64,000 bases of DNA, taken from Acidimicrobiia bacterium. GTDB taxonomy: Bacteria; Actinomycetota; Acidimicrobiia; Spongiisociales; ZC4RG35. Within the stretch, counting starts at the first letter, position 1. Each line of letters begins with the position of its first letter. The stretch covers positions 1,632,001 through 1,696,000 of the forward strand of contig CBDBCY010000004.1 of the NCBI GenBank assembly GCA_965203555.1. Direction: 5' to 3'. Positions 20,154 to 30,619 of this stretch are shown here, in pieces. Under the pieces are notes generated by a model. The model was given only the letters and a program-made list of their open reading frames with translations. It was not told where the DNA came from and did no database searches. A program made the translations under genes and the position numbers.

Positions 20154-21575
20154 TCAAGCAGCCTTGATTCGCTTCAATGCAGCTTGGGCGGCGTGGTAAC
20201 CGCACATGCCGTGAACGCCACCTCCGGGAGGAGTTGAGGAAGAACACAGGTAGACCCCCTCTGCACCGGTCGCATAGGGTGACCGACCGGGGTATGGGCC
20301 CCGCATCATCCTCCTCATGCCCAGGACCCCACCTCCGATGTCACCCCCCACGTAGTTGGGGTTGTAGTCCTCCCATTGGGAAGCAGCAAGGGTGTGACAG
20401 GCCAGGATTGTTTCGCGGAACCCAGGAGCGTGACGTTCGATCTCGGCTTCCACCAGAGCCCGCATATCGACCGAGCTTCCCGAAGGCACGTGAGAGTAAG
20501 CCCATAAGGTGTGGCGCCCTCCGGGAGCGCGGGAGGGATCGAAGAGAGAAGGCTGGGCCGCCACCACGAACGGTCGCTTCGAGGCTTTCCCCTCCCATAC
20601 CATCCGCTCGGTGTTTGCGATCTGTTCATGATCTCCGCCCAGATGCAGGACTCCGGCGGTGGCCAGGCGCCCGTCTTTCCAGGGCACCGGCCCCGAAAGT
20701 GCCCAATCCAGCTTGAAAACCCCCGGTCCGTGCCGAAACCCCTTACCTGTTCCGCCCCTGCGAATGCCTTTCCCCGACTCTTCCAGCAGCGCCTCGAGGA
20801 CCGAGGGGACCACGTCGGCCAGCACCACCCGGCAGGAGGGGAGTTCGGTCAGACTCGTCACCCGGCGCCCGGTCTCGATCTCGCCACCCAACTCCAAGAA
20901 GTGAGCGGCCAGCGCATCCGCCAGTGCCTGAGATCCGCCCTCCACGAAGGGCCAACCGTAGCGGTGGCCTGCCACCAGCAGCAACCATCCCACCCCGGCG
21001 GTGAACGGTCTTTCCAGCGGCATCACCGGGTGAGCGGCGGCGCCGGCCAGCAGCGACCGGGCCGCCCGGGTCTTGAACCCCCGCCAGTCCCACGAGGCCG
21101 GCCGGGCCAGCGACGCCAACTTGGGACCGGCCCAGGGATCGGGTCTGAACCGCAGCGGCGGCCCCAACAGCCGACTCGCCAACCGGGGCCACTGCCGGTG
21201 AAGCGACTCGACCTTGCGTCGATAGCGGCTCCCATCCACTCCCAACCCCCCGACGGTCTCTTCAAGGGAACGGTGCAGCACCACCACCTCGCCGTCATCG
21301 AGGGGATGGGCAAGGACCGCCGGCGGGTGAATCCACTTAACCCCGTACCTGGCCAGCGGCAGTCGACCGAACAGCGGAGAGCCGCGACCCAGGGGGTGGG
21401 CGGTCGAACAGACATCGTGGCGGAAACCGGGGAGAGTCAACTCCGAAGTCCGGCAGCCTCCGCCGATGGTCTCAGCGGCCTCCACCAATAGAGTGGAGCA
21501 TCCTGCCTCCGCCAGCACAATGGCCGCCGCCAAACCGTTCGGACCCGCTCCGATCACGACCGCGTCGTAAGACAT
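20154..21575 (-). CDS. Phytoene-dehydrogenase-like NAD(P)/FAD oxidoreductase
   Basis: VIGAGPNGL, PGFRHDVCS, FDPSRAP, NPNYVGGDI, SSSTPPGGGVHGMCGY. Confidence 0.9.
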   Translation of the reverse strand: MSYDAVVIGAGPNGLAAAIVLAEAGCSTLLVEAAETIGGGCRTSELTLPGFRHDVCSTAHPLGRGSPLFGRLPLARYGVKWIHPPAVLAHPLDDGEVVVLHRSLEETVGGLGVDGSRYRRKVESLHRQWPRLASRLLGPPLRFRPDPWAGPKLASLARPASWDWRGFKTRAARSLLAGAAAHPVMPLERPFTAGVGWLLLVAGHRYGWPFVEGGSQALADALAAHFLELGGEIETGRRVTSLTELPSCRVVLADVVPSVLEALLEESGKGIRRGGTGKGFRHGPGVFKLDWALSGPVPWKDGRLATAGVLHLGGDHEQIANTERMVWEGKASKRPFVVAAQPSLFDPSRAPGGRHTLWAYSHVPSGSSVDMRALVEAEIERHAPGFRETILACHTLAASQWEDYNPNYVGGDIGGGVLGMRRMMRGPYPGRSPYATGAEGVYLCSSSTPPGGGVHGMCGYHAAQAALKRIKAA

Positions 21576-21629
21576 AACCACTGATCACAGTAACGAAGCA
21601 CCCACCCGACCTGGCTTCAAGCGCCGCCG

Positions 21630-22973
21630 TCAGGCACTCCCCGCCGCAGGAACCACCAACCGGAAGGTTGACCCCTCGCCCAACAGGCTCTTGACCGTCA
21701 CCTTGCCGCCGTGACGCTCCGCCACATGCTTGACGATCGCCAACCCGAGGCCGGTTCCTCCCGTCTGTCGGGAACGGGCCACGTCCACCCGGTAGAACCT
21801 TTCGAAGATCCTCCCCAGGTCCCGGCCGGGAATACCCATGCCGGTGTCGGTGACGGTCACCATTCCCTCGCCGTTCAGCGCCTCCAATGCCACCCGGATC
21901 CTCCCGCCCTCCTCGGTGTACCTGAGAGCGTTGTCGCACAGGTTCCTGATGGCCAGTCCCAGTTCAGCAGCCGATCCATTCACTGCCACCGGCTCGGTCC
22001 GCACCGTGAAATCGATGCTCTTTTGCCGGGCAGCCCTGGCAAAGGCTTCCGCCTCGGCCAACACCACGTCCTCAAGATCGACATGCTCCGCAGTCGGCTC
22101 CTGGGTTTCGAGACGGGACAGGTCCAACAAGTCGGTGACCAGGCGGGACAGCCGCAGCGCCGAGGCGGAGATCTGCCCGGCGAAGCGGCGACTCGACTCG
22201 GGATCTCTCCCCAGGGACAGATCCAGCGCCTCAGCGGAGGCCAGGATGGAAGCCACCGGTGTCTTCAACTCGTGTGAGGCATCCGTCACGAAGTCGCGCC
22301 TCATGGTCTCCACCCGCACTCTTTCCGTCAGGTCCAGCACGATCACCAACACCCGACCCTCCTCGTCGATGGAAAACGCCCTCACCCCCAGCGTCCTCTC
22401 CGGGTAACCGCGGGTCAGGGTCTCTTCGTGGGTTCCATCGCTCCGGCGGACTTTCCGGACCAGGGCCTGGATGGATCGCAGCCCCAGACGTCCCGAGGGA
22501 TCGGCCAACATCCCCAGCATCTGCCGACAGGCCGAGTTCGAATATGCCACCCGGTTGTCGGGCTCCACCAGGAGGACCCCCCCGGGCAGGCCCTCCAACA
22601 CCACCTCCAACAGGGCCTGTTCTCGACGCAGGGCCTCCTGGGTGCGGTGAAAGTGCAGGCCGGCGTGGTGCAAAGAGTAGGCCAAGTTGTCCACCTCCCC
22701 GATCCCCACCGGGCGCGGGGCGATTCCCGGCTCACCCGTCAGCAGGCCCGAAGCGGTATCGTCCAGAGTCACCAGGGCATTGCGCAAACCCCTCAGCGAC
22801 GCACCGTAGACGGCGGCGAACAGACCCCCGCTGACCAGGCCGGACAGCCAGCCGGAGACTCCGAAGACCTGGCTCATAATTGTCCACAGGACCGCCCATC
22901 CCCCCATGGCCAGCCACAGCCTCCAAAAGAAATACCGAAAGAGAAGGTGCTCCCGACGCCCGCTAGGGCGCAT
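21630..22973 (-). CDS. Phosphate-sensing histidine kinase (SenX3/PhoR-like)
   Basis: ASHELKTP H-box, NLCDNA, DTGMGI, FERFYRVD, GGTGLGLAIVKH; lies in the pst cluster. Confidence 0.9.
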   Translation of the reverse strand: MRPSGRREHLLFRYFFWRLWLAMGGWAVLWTIMSQVFGVSGWLSGLVSGGLFAAVYGASLRGLRNALVTLDDTASGLLTGEPGIAPRPVGIGEVDNLAYSLHHAGLHFHRTQEALRREQALLEVVLEGLPGGVLLVEPDNRVAYSNSACRQMLGMLADPSGRLGLRSIQALVRKVRRSDGTHEETLTRGYPERTLGVRAFSIDEEGRVLVIVLDLTERVRVETMRRDFVTDASHELKTPVASILASAEALDLSLGRDPESSRRFAGQISASALRLSRLVTDLLDLSRLETQEPTAEHVDLEDVVLAEAEAFARAARQKSIDFTVRTEPVAVNGSAAELGLAIRNLCDNALRYTEEGGRIRVALEALNGEGMVTVTDTGMGIPGRDLGRIFERFYRVDVARSRQTGGTGLGLAIVKHVAERHGGKVTVKSLLGEGSTFRLVVPAAGSA

Positions 22974-23673
22974 CGACGAACTTGTAACCCAGGCCCCGGA
23001 CGGTAACTATGTGGCGCGGATTCGAGTAGTCCTCTTCGATCTTGTGGCGGAGCCTTTTGATATGAACATCGAGAGTTCTGGTGTCACCGTAGTAGGCAGA
23101 TCCCCACACCTCGCCGAGCAGGGTCTCGCGAATGACCAGCCGGTCCTTTCTGCGCATCAGGGTTTCCAGGAGATCGAATTCCTTGGGGCGGAGAGACACC
23201 GCCTCTCCCCTGACTCTCACCTCGTGGGCATCCACGTCCAACTCCACCGGCCCGCCTCTCAGCACCTCATTGGTGTCGGAAATCAAGCCGGTTCGTGCGG
23301 CCCGACGGATGTGCGACCGGACCCGGGCGATCAACTCCCTCATGGAAAATGGTTTGGTCACATAGTCATCGGCGCCCAACTCCAGACCGGCCACCTTGTC
23401 CGCCTCCGAATCACGAGCGCTGAGCACGATGATCGGCACATCCGAGAAGGCCCGTATCTCACGGCAGACGTCGAGGCCCGAACCCCCGGGCAACATCACG
23501 TCCAGCAGCACCAGCGAAGGGGGACGCCTGCGTACCCTGGACAGCGCCTCCGGTGCGGTGTATGCCACGTCCACCGACATGCCTTCGGTCCGCAGAGCAT
23601 ACGAGACCGAATCGGAGATAGCAGGCTCGTCCTCCACCACCAGAACCCGGTGGAGCGGCTCAATCTGAGCCAT
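22963..23673 (-). CDS. OmpR-family response regulator (RegX3/PhoP-like)
   Basis: VEDE, LLDVMLPG, GADDYVTKPF, TRTLDVHIKRLR, TVRGLGY. Confidence 0.92.
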   Translation of the reverse strand: MAQIEPLHRVLVVEDEPAISDSVSYALRTEGMSVDVAYTAPEALSRVRRRPPSLVLLDVMLPGGSGLDVCREIRAFSDVPIIVLSARDSEADKVAGLELGADDYVTKPFSMRELIARVRSHIRRAARTGLISDTNEVLRGGPVELDVDAHEVRVRGEAVSLRPKEFDLLETLMRRKDRLVIRETLLGEVWGSAYYGDTRTLDVHIKRLRHKIEEDYSNPRHIVTVRGLGYKFVDAP

Positions 23674-24343
23674 AGTCGTGGAGCCGAAGGAATTCCTGGT
23701 GGTCCCCGGTCATCAGGAACGCAACCTGCTCCCCTATGTCAACCGCCTGGTCACCCACCCTCTCCAGAGCCCGGGAGACCAGGATCATCCGGGTGGCCCA
23801 CTCCAGCAGTTCGGGGTCGTGTCCGCATTCCACCACATGCTTCCACATGCTGCGGTTGAGGACATCCACCGGCACGTCCATGGCCGGCAGCAGCCGGCAT
23901 TCCTCGGCGTCCCGGCGCGCGAAGGCGTCGATGGCGGTGCGGATCATCGGCTTGAGCAGGTCCCCCATCTCCTGCAACTTGACCAAAATGGTCTCCTCCC
24001 GGGGCAGCCCGGCCGTGACCCGGGCTATTTTGGCGATGTTGACCGACTGGTCGCCCATGCGCTCCAAGGTGTTGTTCATCTCCAGGATGGCGGCCATCAT
24101 CCGCAGGTCCCTTCCCATGGGCTGCTGGCGCGCCATGATGTGCATCCACCTGGACCGGATCTCCATATAGATCTCGTCGACGGCATCATCGGATTCGATG
24201 ACTTGGGAAACCAGTCGCTGATCGGAGTTGACCAGCGCCCTCATCGCCATGTCCACCATGCCCTCCACCTTTTCGGCCATGCTCAAGGTGGTTTCCTCCA
24301 GCCTGTTGAGGGCAGCGTGAAATTCGGGACGCTGGTCGCTCAT
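23660..24343 (-). CDS. phoU: Phosphate signalling complex protein PhoU
   Basis: ARQQPMGRDLR, LERMGDQSVNIA, LERVGDQAVDIGE. Confidence 0.93.
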   Translation of the reverse strand: MSDQRPEFHAALNRLEETTLSMAEKVEGMVDMAMRALVNSDQRLVSQVIESDDAVDEIYMEIRSRWMHIMARQQPMGRDLRMMAAILEMNNTLERMGDQSVNIAKIARVTAGLPREETILVKLQEMGDLLKPMIRTAIDAFARRDAEECRLLPAMDVPVDVLNRSMWKHVVECGHDPELLEWATRMILVSRALERVGDQAVDIGEQVAFLMTGDHQEFLRLHDYGSD

Positions 24344-25206
24344 TATCCGAACCGCCCGGTTATGTAGTCCTCGGTCTCCTTCTTGCCCGGCGCCGTGAAT
24401 ACCCGGTCGGTCGAGTCGTACTCGACCAGGCGGCCGGTCCGTTGACCCCTCTCCCCCACATCCACCGAAAAGAAGGCCGTACGGTCGCTCACCCGGGCGG
24501 CCTGCTGCATGTTATGGGTGACCACCACGATGGTGTACTGCTCCTTCAGTTCCCTCATCAGGGTCTCGATCCGGTAGGTGGCGATCGGATCCAAGGCGGA
24601 GCAGGGCTCGTCCATCAACAGGACATCCGGGCTGGTGGCGATGGCCCGGGCGATGCACAGCCTCTGTTGCTGACCTCCCGAGAGATCATATGCCGAGTTC
24701 TGAAGCTTGTCCTTGACTTCGTCCCACAGCGCGGCCCTTACCAGGGACTCCTCCACCAGGTCATCGAAGTCGCCTTTCCAACCAGCCACCCTGGGGCCGA
24801 ACAGGATGTTCTCATAGATCGACTTCGGGAAGGGGTTGGGCTTTTGGAACACCATTCCGATGCGGCGCCGGACCTCCACCGGGTCAACCGACGATCCGTA
24901 CAGATCAATCCCGTGGTAGGAGACCCTGCCCTCCACCCGGGCGCCGTCTATCAGGTCGTTCATGCGGTTCAGGCAACGCAGAACAGTGGATTTGCCACAC
25001 CCGGACGGACCGATGAGGGCGGTTATCTCATTCTGAAAGATGTTCAGAGAAGTGTCAGCCACGGCATGAAAAGCCCGGTAGTAGACATTCAGGTTCTGGA
25101 TCTCGAAGATCGCTGATGAACCGACCGAGCCGTCAAGACCGGCGGAAGGGCCGGGCGAGACCGCGCCTCCTACCACGGTGGAGGGCGATTCCATGCGGGT
25201 TGACAT
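24343..25206 (-). CDS. pstB: Phosphate ABC transporter ATP-binding protein
   Basis: [54 protein letters not shown]. Confidence 0.96.
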   Translation of the reverse strand: MSTRMESPSTVVGGAVSPGPSAGLDGSVGSSAIFEIQNLNVYYRAFHAVADTSLNIFQNEITALIGPSGCGKSTVLRCLNRMNDLIDGARVEGRVSYHGIDLYGSSVDPVEVRRRIGMVFQKPNPFPKSIYENILFGPRVAGWKGDFDDLVEESLVRAALWDEVKDKLQNSAYDLSGGQQQRLCIARAIATSPDVLLMDEPCSALDPIATYRIETLMRELKEQYTIVVVTHNMQQAARVSDRTAFFSVDVGERGQRTGRLVEYDSTDRVFTAPGKKETEDYITGRFG

Positions 25207-25249
25207 ATGTTCTCCTCGATCAGTGTTTGTCTTGTGGCCTGATTGGTTT

Positions 25250-26221
25250 TCACCTTATCCTGCGCCTTTCCAATGCGTCACGAGCCAGGATCGTCCCTGC
25301 GTTCACCACCAACAAAATTACCAGCAGCGCCACTATGGCAGCCGCCGTCAGGGCGATGTATTCGGTTTGCGGTTGGCGTGACCAGTTGTAGATGATGATC
25401 GGCAGGGCTGTGTATTTTTCCGACACCACCAGCGAAGTGATCGGAGTCCCCTCAGGCGCCGCGAAAAAGGTGGAAAGGACCGCACCGGCCAGAAGCAGCG
25501 GCGCCGATTCTCCGAAAGCGCGGGCCAGGGTCAGTACCGAGCCGGTGAAGATGGCTGGGCTCGCCACCGGCAGAACATGATGGCGGATGGTTTGCCAGGG
25601 CGTGGCGCCCACCCCGTAGGACGCCTCGCGAAGGGCCATGGGTACGGCTCGCAAGGCCTCCTGGGTGGTGATCACCATGATCGCCAGCACCAGCGTCGAA
25701 AGGGTCATACCTCCCGCAATCAGGGTGCGCCCGCTGACCTGTCCCACCATCCCTTCCAGAATCAGCTTCACGAACACGGTCAAACCCAGCAAACCGTAGA
25801 CGATGGAGGGCACTCCCGCCAGGTTGCGGATGTTGGCCACCAGCATCCTGGTGAGCCGGGTGTCCCGGGCATACTCCTCCAGGTAGATGGCGGCGGCCAC
25901 TCCCAGCGGGAAGGAGAGTATCACCACCACCACGGTGAGCATCACCGATCCGAAGATTCCCTGGATCATTCCCGTTTCTTCGGGACGGGGAGAGAGATCG
26001 TTGGTGATCACCGACCAGCCCCGCTCCTCCCATACGGGCATCGACTTGGCCACGACGTCCCAGAGCAGAACCACCAGGACGGCCAGCGACGCAAGCAGGG
26101 AAATCAAGAGCGTCAGAGCCACCAGGGGATTGATGACATTGATCTTTCGGCCTTCCAGCGCCCGCCTCAGCATGTCCCGGGTGACGGCGGTGGAACCGGA
26201 TCCTATGGTGCGGGTAGCCAT
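25250..26221 (-). CDS. pstA: Phosphate ABC transporter permease
   Basis: [33 protein letters not shown]. Confidence 0.93.
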   Translation of the reverse strand: MATRTIGSGSTAVTRDMLRRALEGRKINVINPLVALTLLISLLASLAVLVVLLWDVVAKSMPVWEERGWSVITNDLSPRPEETGMIQGIFGSVMLTVVVVILSFPLGVAAAIYLEEYARDTRLTRMLVANIRNLAGVPSIVYGLLGLTVFVKLILEGMVGQVSGRTLIAGGMTLSTLVLAIMVITTQEALRAVPMALREASYGVGATPWQTIRHHVLPVASPAIFTGSVLTLARAFGESAPLLLAGAVLSTFFAAPEGTPITSLVVSEKYTALPIIIYNWSRQPQTEYIALTAAAIVALLVILLVVNAGTILARDALERRRIR

Positions 26222-26240
26222 TCCTATTCCTCCCGCCCTT

Positions 26241-27212
26241 CTAATACTTCTGCCGGAAACGCCGCACCAGGCGCTCGCTTCCGATGTTCAGGACCAATGT
26301 CATCAAGAACAGCAGGAGCCCCACAAAAAACAGGCTCTGAAAGGCCGCCACGCCGCCGGCGACCTGGTCGGAGCCGATGGCCAGCGAAGCCATGGCGCCG
26401 GTCATGGTCTGGCCGCCGTTGAGGGGGCTCAACTGCAGAAGAGACCCTCCGGTCGCTCCGGCGGCGATCGCCACCACCATGGTCTCGCCGATCGAGCGGG
26501 ACAAACCGAGAATCAGGGCGGCCACGATTCCCGAGAGAGCAGCGGGGAACACCACCCGCAGGGAGGTGTGCCACTTCTTGGCGCCCAGTCCGTACGAGGC
26601 TTCTCGAAGCGCGCGGGGCACCGCCTGCATGGCGTCCTCGGAGACCGACGACACCAGGGGAATGATCAGTATCCCCACCCCGATCCCCGCCGCCATCAGG
26701 TTCGACTGCTGGGTGCCGTCCCAGATGTTGCGGAGAACGTCGGGAGTGATGAACCTGAGCGCGAAATAGCCGAGCACCACGCTCGGTATCCCGGCCAGGA
26801 TCTCCAGTACCGGCTTCAGCACTCGCCTCACCCACGGTTTGGCGTACTCGCTCAGGTATATGGCCGCGCCCAATCCCAGGGGCGTGGCCACCGCCATGGC
26901 GATGCCCGACACCGCCAGGGTGTGCCACACTATGGTCCGCAGGTCGAAGCGGTCCCGCCGCGGGAACCATCCGTCGGCGAACAGAGAACCCAGTCCCTCT
27001 TCCACCTCTGCGGCGATGCTTTGCAGGAAGGCGACCGCCTCCCCGACCAGGCTGAGCACTATCGCAATGCTCACCAGGATCGTGAAGACGGCAGCCGACA
27101 GAAATACCCTTCGCACCGTGCGCTCATGGCGCAGACGTCGCGGGTCACCGGAGAGATCCAGTGAACTCCGGGTATCAATCACTTTTCTTCCCACCTCTTT
27201 TTCCGGCTTCAC
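26241..27212 (-). CDS. pstC: Phosphate ABC transporter permease
   Basis: AIYLSEYA, LEILAGIPSVVLG, SRSIGETMVV. Confidence 0.93.
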   Translation of the reverse strand: MKPEKEVGRKVIDTRSSLDLSGDPRRLRHERTVRRVFLSAAVFTILVSIAIVLSLVGEAVAFLQSIAAEVEEGLGSLFADGWFPRRDRFDLRTIVWHTLAVSGIAMAVATPLGLGAAIYLSEYAKPWVRRVLKPVLEILAGIPSVVLGYFALRFITPDVLRNIWDGTQQSNLMAAGIGVGILIIPLVSSVSEDAMQAVPRALREASYGLGAKKWHTSLRVVFPAALSGIVAALILGLSRSIGETMVVAIAAGATGGSLLQLSPLNGGQTMTGAMASLAIGSDQVAGGVAAFQSLFFVGLLLFLMTLVLNIGSERLVRRFRQKY

Positions 27213-27215
27213 ATC

Positions 27216-28274
27216 CTATCCGACTGAAGTCCAGGCGGATAGGGTGGCGGCGATTTCGTCGTCGGGCAGGGTCACGTAGCCTGCTTCGGCGACCGAGGAG
27301 AAACCGTCACCCAGGTAGAAGTCCACGAACGGACCCAACGCCGGGTTGTCGGCCAAACGGTTCAACGAAACATAGATGAACAACGGACGCGACAACGGAT
27401 ACGACCCGTCAGCGATCGACTCGATCGAAGGCGCGACGCAACCGTCACCACCATCGACCTCGATCGCCTTCAACACCGAACTGTTCTCGACAAAGAACGC
27501 AAAACCGACCCAACCGAACGAAGTCGGGTTGGAACTGATGTTGTCCACGATCACATTGTCATTGGCCGAAGCCTGGTAATCGACACGGGTCGGCTCCTCC
27601 TGGCCGCGCTCCTCGGTGACGTCCTCCAACGCCAACTCGACGAAAGCATCGAAAGTACCCGACTCCTCACCGGGCGCCGTGATCACCAACGGAGCGTCCG
27701 GATACGGAGCACCCGAACCGCCCAAACCGGCCGCAGCCAACTCCGAAGCCAGATCATTGGCGTCCGACCAGGACTGGAAACCCTCCGACTCGGCACCGAC
27801 CAGCGCATACAAGTCACCAAGATCCAAACAGTTCACCGCTCCGTTGTCAGGCGAGGTGAGCACGCTGATACCGTCGAAGGCCACCTTCAACTCGACCCAC
27901 TCGACACCTGCCTCGGCGCAAGTCTCCACCTCGGAGGCCTTGATGGCCCGGGAAGCATCCGAGATATCAATCTCACCATTACAGAACCTTTGGAAACCAT
28001 CACCCGTACCGGGACCCTCCACCGAAATCCCCACACCGGGATGCGCAGAATTGAACCTCTCCGCCACCAAAGCCGTAATAGGCTCCACCGTCGAAGAGCC
28101 GGACACCTCGATCGAACCCGACAGATCCGCAGTGGATGGCTCGTCCGCGGCAGGCGCAGCCGCTGTGGTGGCAACCGGTTCGCTCTCGTCGTCTCCTCCG
28201 CAGGCCGCCGCCAACAGCACCAGGGCGGCAAACACCACCGCTCTGTGGAAGAACCGTTTCTTGGCAAAAGTCAT
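27216..28274 (-). CDS. pstS: Phosphate ABC transporter substrate-binding lipoprotein
   Basis: Lipobox LAAAC; GSSTVEP, GTGDGFQRFC, DASR, SGTFD, YPLSRPLFIY; RBS AAGGAG before MTFAKK. Confidence 0.92.
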   Translation of the reverse strand: MTFAKKRFFHRAVVFAALVLLAAACGGDDESEPVATTAAAPAADEPSTADLSGSIEVSGSSTVEPITALVAERFNSAHPGVGISVEGPGTGDGFQRFCNGEIDISDASRAIKASEVETCAEAGVEWVELKVAFDGISVLTSPDNGAVNCLDLGDLYALVGAESEGFQSWSDANDLASELAAAGLGGSGAPYPDAPLVITAPGEESGTFDAFVELALEDVTEERGQEEPTRVDYQASANDNVIVDNISSNPTSFGWVGFAFFVENSSVLKAIEVDGGDGCVAPSIESIADGSYPLSRPLFIYVSLNRLADNPALGPFVDFYLGDGFSSVAEAGYVTLPDDEIAATLSAWTSVG

Positions 28275-28396
28275 GTGAAATCCAGACTCCTTACTCGGGA
28301 ATACATGCTTGACCCTCTTGAGAGTTTTTTCCACCCGGGCGCGGGCCCAACCCATAGTCAGAAAAGTAAGCGCGACAAGTGAACACACATCCCTGC

Positions 28397-28418
28397 GCTA
28401 TGTGAACGGAATGTGAAT
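28397..28418 (-). promoter_or_regulatory. PHO box (11-bp direct repeats) upstream of pstS
   Basis: Minus strand ATTCACATTCC-GTTCACATAGC, plus a third GTTCAC 23 bp further on; matches the GTTCA 11-nt repeat unit of Streptomyces PhoP boxes. Confidence 0.65.
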
Positions 28419-28439
28419 TCTCGGGTTTATTTCACAGGG

Positions 28440-30497
28440 TCAGAAACGCGCGTATGCTCTGGCCTCCGCCAGGGTCTGCAATTCCAGGTGGGCGACGCGT
28501 CCACGATTGCCCTCCACCTTCCTCCATTTTGCGTCCGGCCCCAGCTCCCAGGCAAGGGTGTCGTCGGCCAGCAGCACCTCGAACATCTCATCGATGCGGA
28601 ACCGCAGGTCGGGATCGTCGACGGGGACCATCACCTCCACCCTCGAGTCGAGGTTGCGGGGCATCATGTCGGCCGAACCCATGTAATAGACGACCCGCTC
28701 CTCCCTGCTCCCGAACCGATACACCCGCGAGTGTTCCAGGTACCGTCCGACCAGTGACCTCACCCTGATGTTCTCCGACATGCCTTTCACGCCGGGCACC
28801 AGGCAGCAGATGCCGCGCACCACCAGGTCGATCCGCGCTCCCGCGTCCGACGCTTCGTACAACGCCTCGATCATCGCCTTGTCCAACAGTGAGTTCATCT
28901 TCATGGTGATCTGGCCCCCCGGACGGGCCTGGGAGGCGATGAGCTGGAGAAATCGCGGGCGGGTGAACACGGGAGAAACCAGCAACTTCCGGTATTTGGG
29001 GTGGCGACTGTATCCGGTCAGGAAGTTGAAGAGGAAACTCAGGTCGGCGCCGATTTCCTGATCACAGGTGAACAGCCCCATATCCTCGTATATGCGGGCG
29101 GTCTGCTCGTTGTAGTTGCCGGTGCCGATATGGGAGTAGCGGCGGATCATCCCCTCCTCCTGCCTCACCACCAGCGTGATCTTGGTGTGGGTCTTCAAAC
29201 CGACCACCCCGTAGACCACGTGCACGCCGGTCTCCTCCAGCCGCTGAGCCCAGGTGATGTTGCGGTCCTCGTCGAAGCGGGCCTTCAATTCCACCAGCGC
29301 CACCACCTGCTTCCCGCGCTCTGCGGCCTCCATCAGGGCGTTCATGATCACCGAGTCGGAAGAAGTCCGATACAGCGTCTGCTTGATGGCCAGGACGTCA
29401 GGATCGGCGGCGGCCTGGGCAATGAACTCCTCCACCGAGGTGGCGAAGGACTCGTAGGGGTGATGCACCAGGATGTCACCCTCTCGGATCGCCTCGAAGA
29501 AGTCCAACTGTTCGCTGATCCTTCCGGCCAGTCGGGGGTGGGTCACCCATGTCCAGGGGGGGTACAGCAACTCCGGGCGGGGAAGGGAAGCCAAAAAGCC
29601 CAGGTCGGCCAGGTTCAGCACCCCGTCCATCACGAACACGTCGGACTCGGTGATCTGCAATTCCCGGGTGAGCAGATCCAACACCTCGGCGGTCATGGAT
29701 CCGGTCACCTCCAGGCGGACGGCCCGGCCGAAGCGCCTCCGGGTCAACTCCGACTCCACGGCGGCCAGAAGATCGCCGCCCTCGTCCTCCTCCAACTCGA
29801 AGTCGGCGTTGCGGGTCACGCGGAACGGGTGATAGTCCAGGATGCGCATTCCCGGAAACAGTTGGTCGAGGTGGGTTGCGATCACCTCATCCAGGGGAAC
29901 GAACCATCCGGGCTGCGACAGGGGAACGAAAGAAGGGAGGATCGGTGGAATCTTGACGCGGGCAAATCGCAGCACTTTGCTTTTCTGCTCCTGCACCTGT
30001 ATCGCCAGGTTCAGCGAGAGGCTGGAGATGTGGGGGAACGGGTGGGCGGGGTCCACCGCCAGGGGGGTCAGGACCGGAAAGACGGTGTCGCGGAAGTATT
30101 CGTCGAGACCGGAAACCGAATCTTCGTCCAGCTCGGCGTAGGTCTTCAGCCCTATCCCGGCCTCCTCCAGGGCCGGCTCCAGGAGGTCCCGGTAGATCTT
30201 GGAGGCGCGCAGGTACTGTTCCGAGGTCTCGGCGCTGATGGCGGAAAGCGTTTGGACGGCGGTGCGACCGTCGGGGGTCGTTCCCACCACTCCGTGGGCA
30301 ACCTGCTCCTTCAGTCCCGCCACCCTGACCTGGAAGAATTCGTCCAGGTTGGAAGCCCATATGGAGAGGAAGCGTACTTTTTCCAACAGGGGGACCTCCT
30401 CCTGTTCGGACAGGGCAAGAACCCTGCTGTTGAAGTCCAGCCAGGACAGTTCCCTGTTCAGAACGCGGGGCGAGGTTTCTAACGAGGGCATCAGCAC
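28440..30497 (-). CDS. ppk1: Polyphosphate kinase 1
   Basis: NRELSWLDFNSRVL, SNLDEFFQVRVAGL, HHPYESF, ELKARFDE, GRYLEHSR, GSADMMPRNLDSRVE. Confidence 0.96.
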   Translation of the reverse strand: MLMPSLETSPRVLNRELSWLDFNSRVLALSEQEEVPLLEKVRFLSIWASNLDEFFQVRVAGLKEQVAHGVVGTTPDGRTAVQTLSAISAETSEQYLRASKIYRDLLEPALEEAGIGLKTYAELDEDSVSGLDEYFRDTVFPVLTPLAVDPAHPFPHISSLSLNLAIQVQEQKSKVLRFARVKIPPILPSFVPLSQPGWFVPLDEVIATHLDQLFPGMRILDYHPFRVTRNADFELEEDEGGDLLAAVESELTRRRFGRAVRLEVTGSMTAEVLDLLTRELQITESDVFVMDGVLNLADLGFLASLPRPELLYPPWTWVTHPRLAGRISEQLDFFEAIREGDILVHHPYESFATSVEEFIAQAAADPDVLAIKQTLYRTSSDSVIMNALMEAAERGKQVVALVELKARFDEDRNITWAQRLEETGVHVVYGVVGLKTHTKITLVVRQEEGMIRRYSHIGTGNYNEQTARIYEDMGLFTCDQEIGADLSFLFNFLTGYSRHPKYRKLLVSPVFTRPRFLQLIASQARPGGQITMKMNSLLDKAMIEALYEASDAGARIDLVVRGICCLVPGVKGMSENIRVRSLVGRYLEHSRVYRFGSREERVVYYMGSADMMPRNLDSRVEVMVPVDDPDLRFRIDEMFEVLLADDTLAWELGPDAKWRKVEGNRGRVAHLELQTLAEARAYARF

Positions 30498-30619
30498 GTC
30501 ACATTCAATTTTAGATCAACAGAGCCTAGCCCGCCGGGCGTCCCGCCGTCCTAGGAATTCGGTCGGCACCCGGAAGCTTTTCCCCGCAGTGGCATGTCTT
30601 TGATATTCTTTGTATGGTC

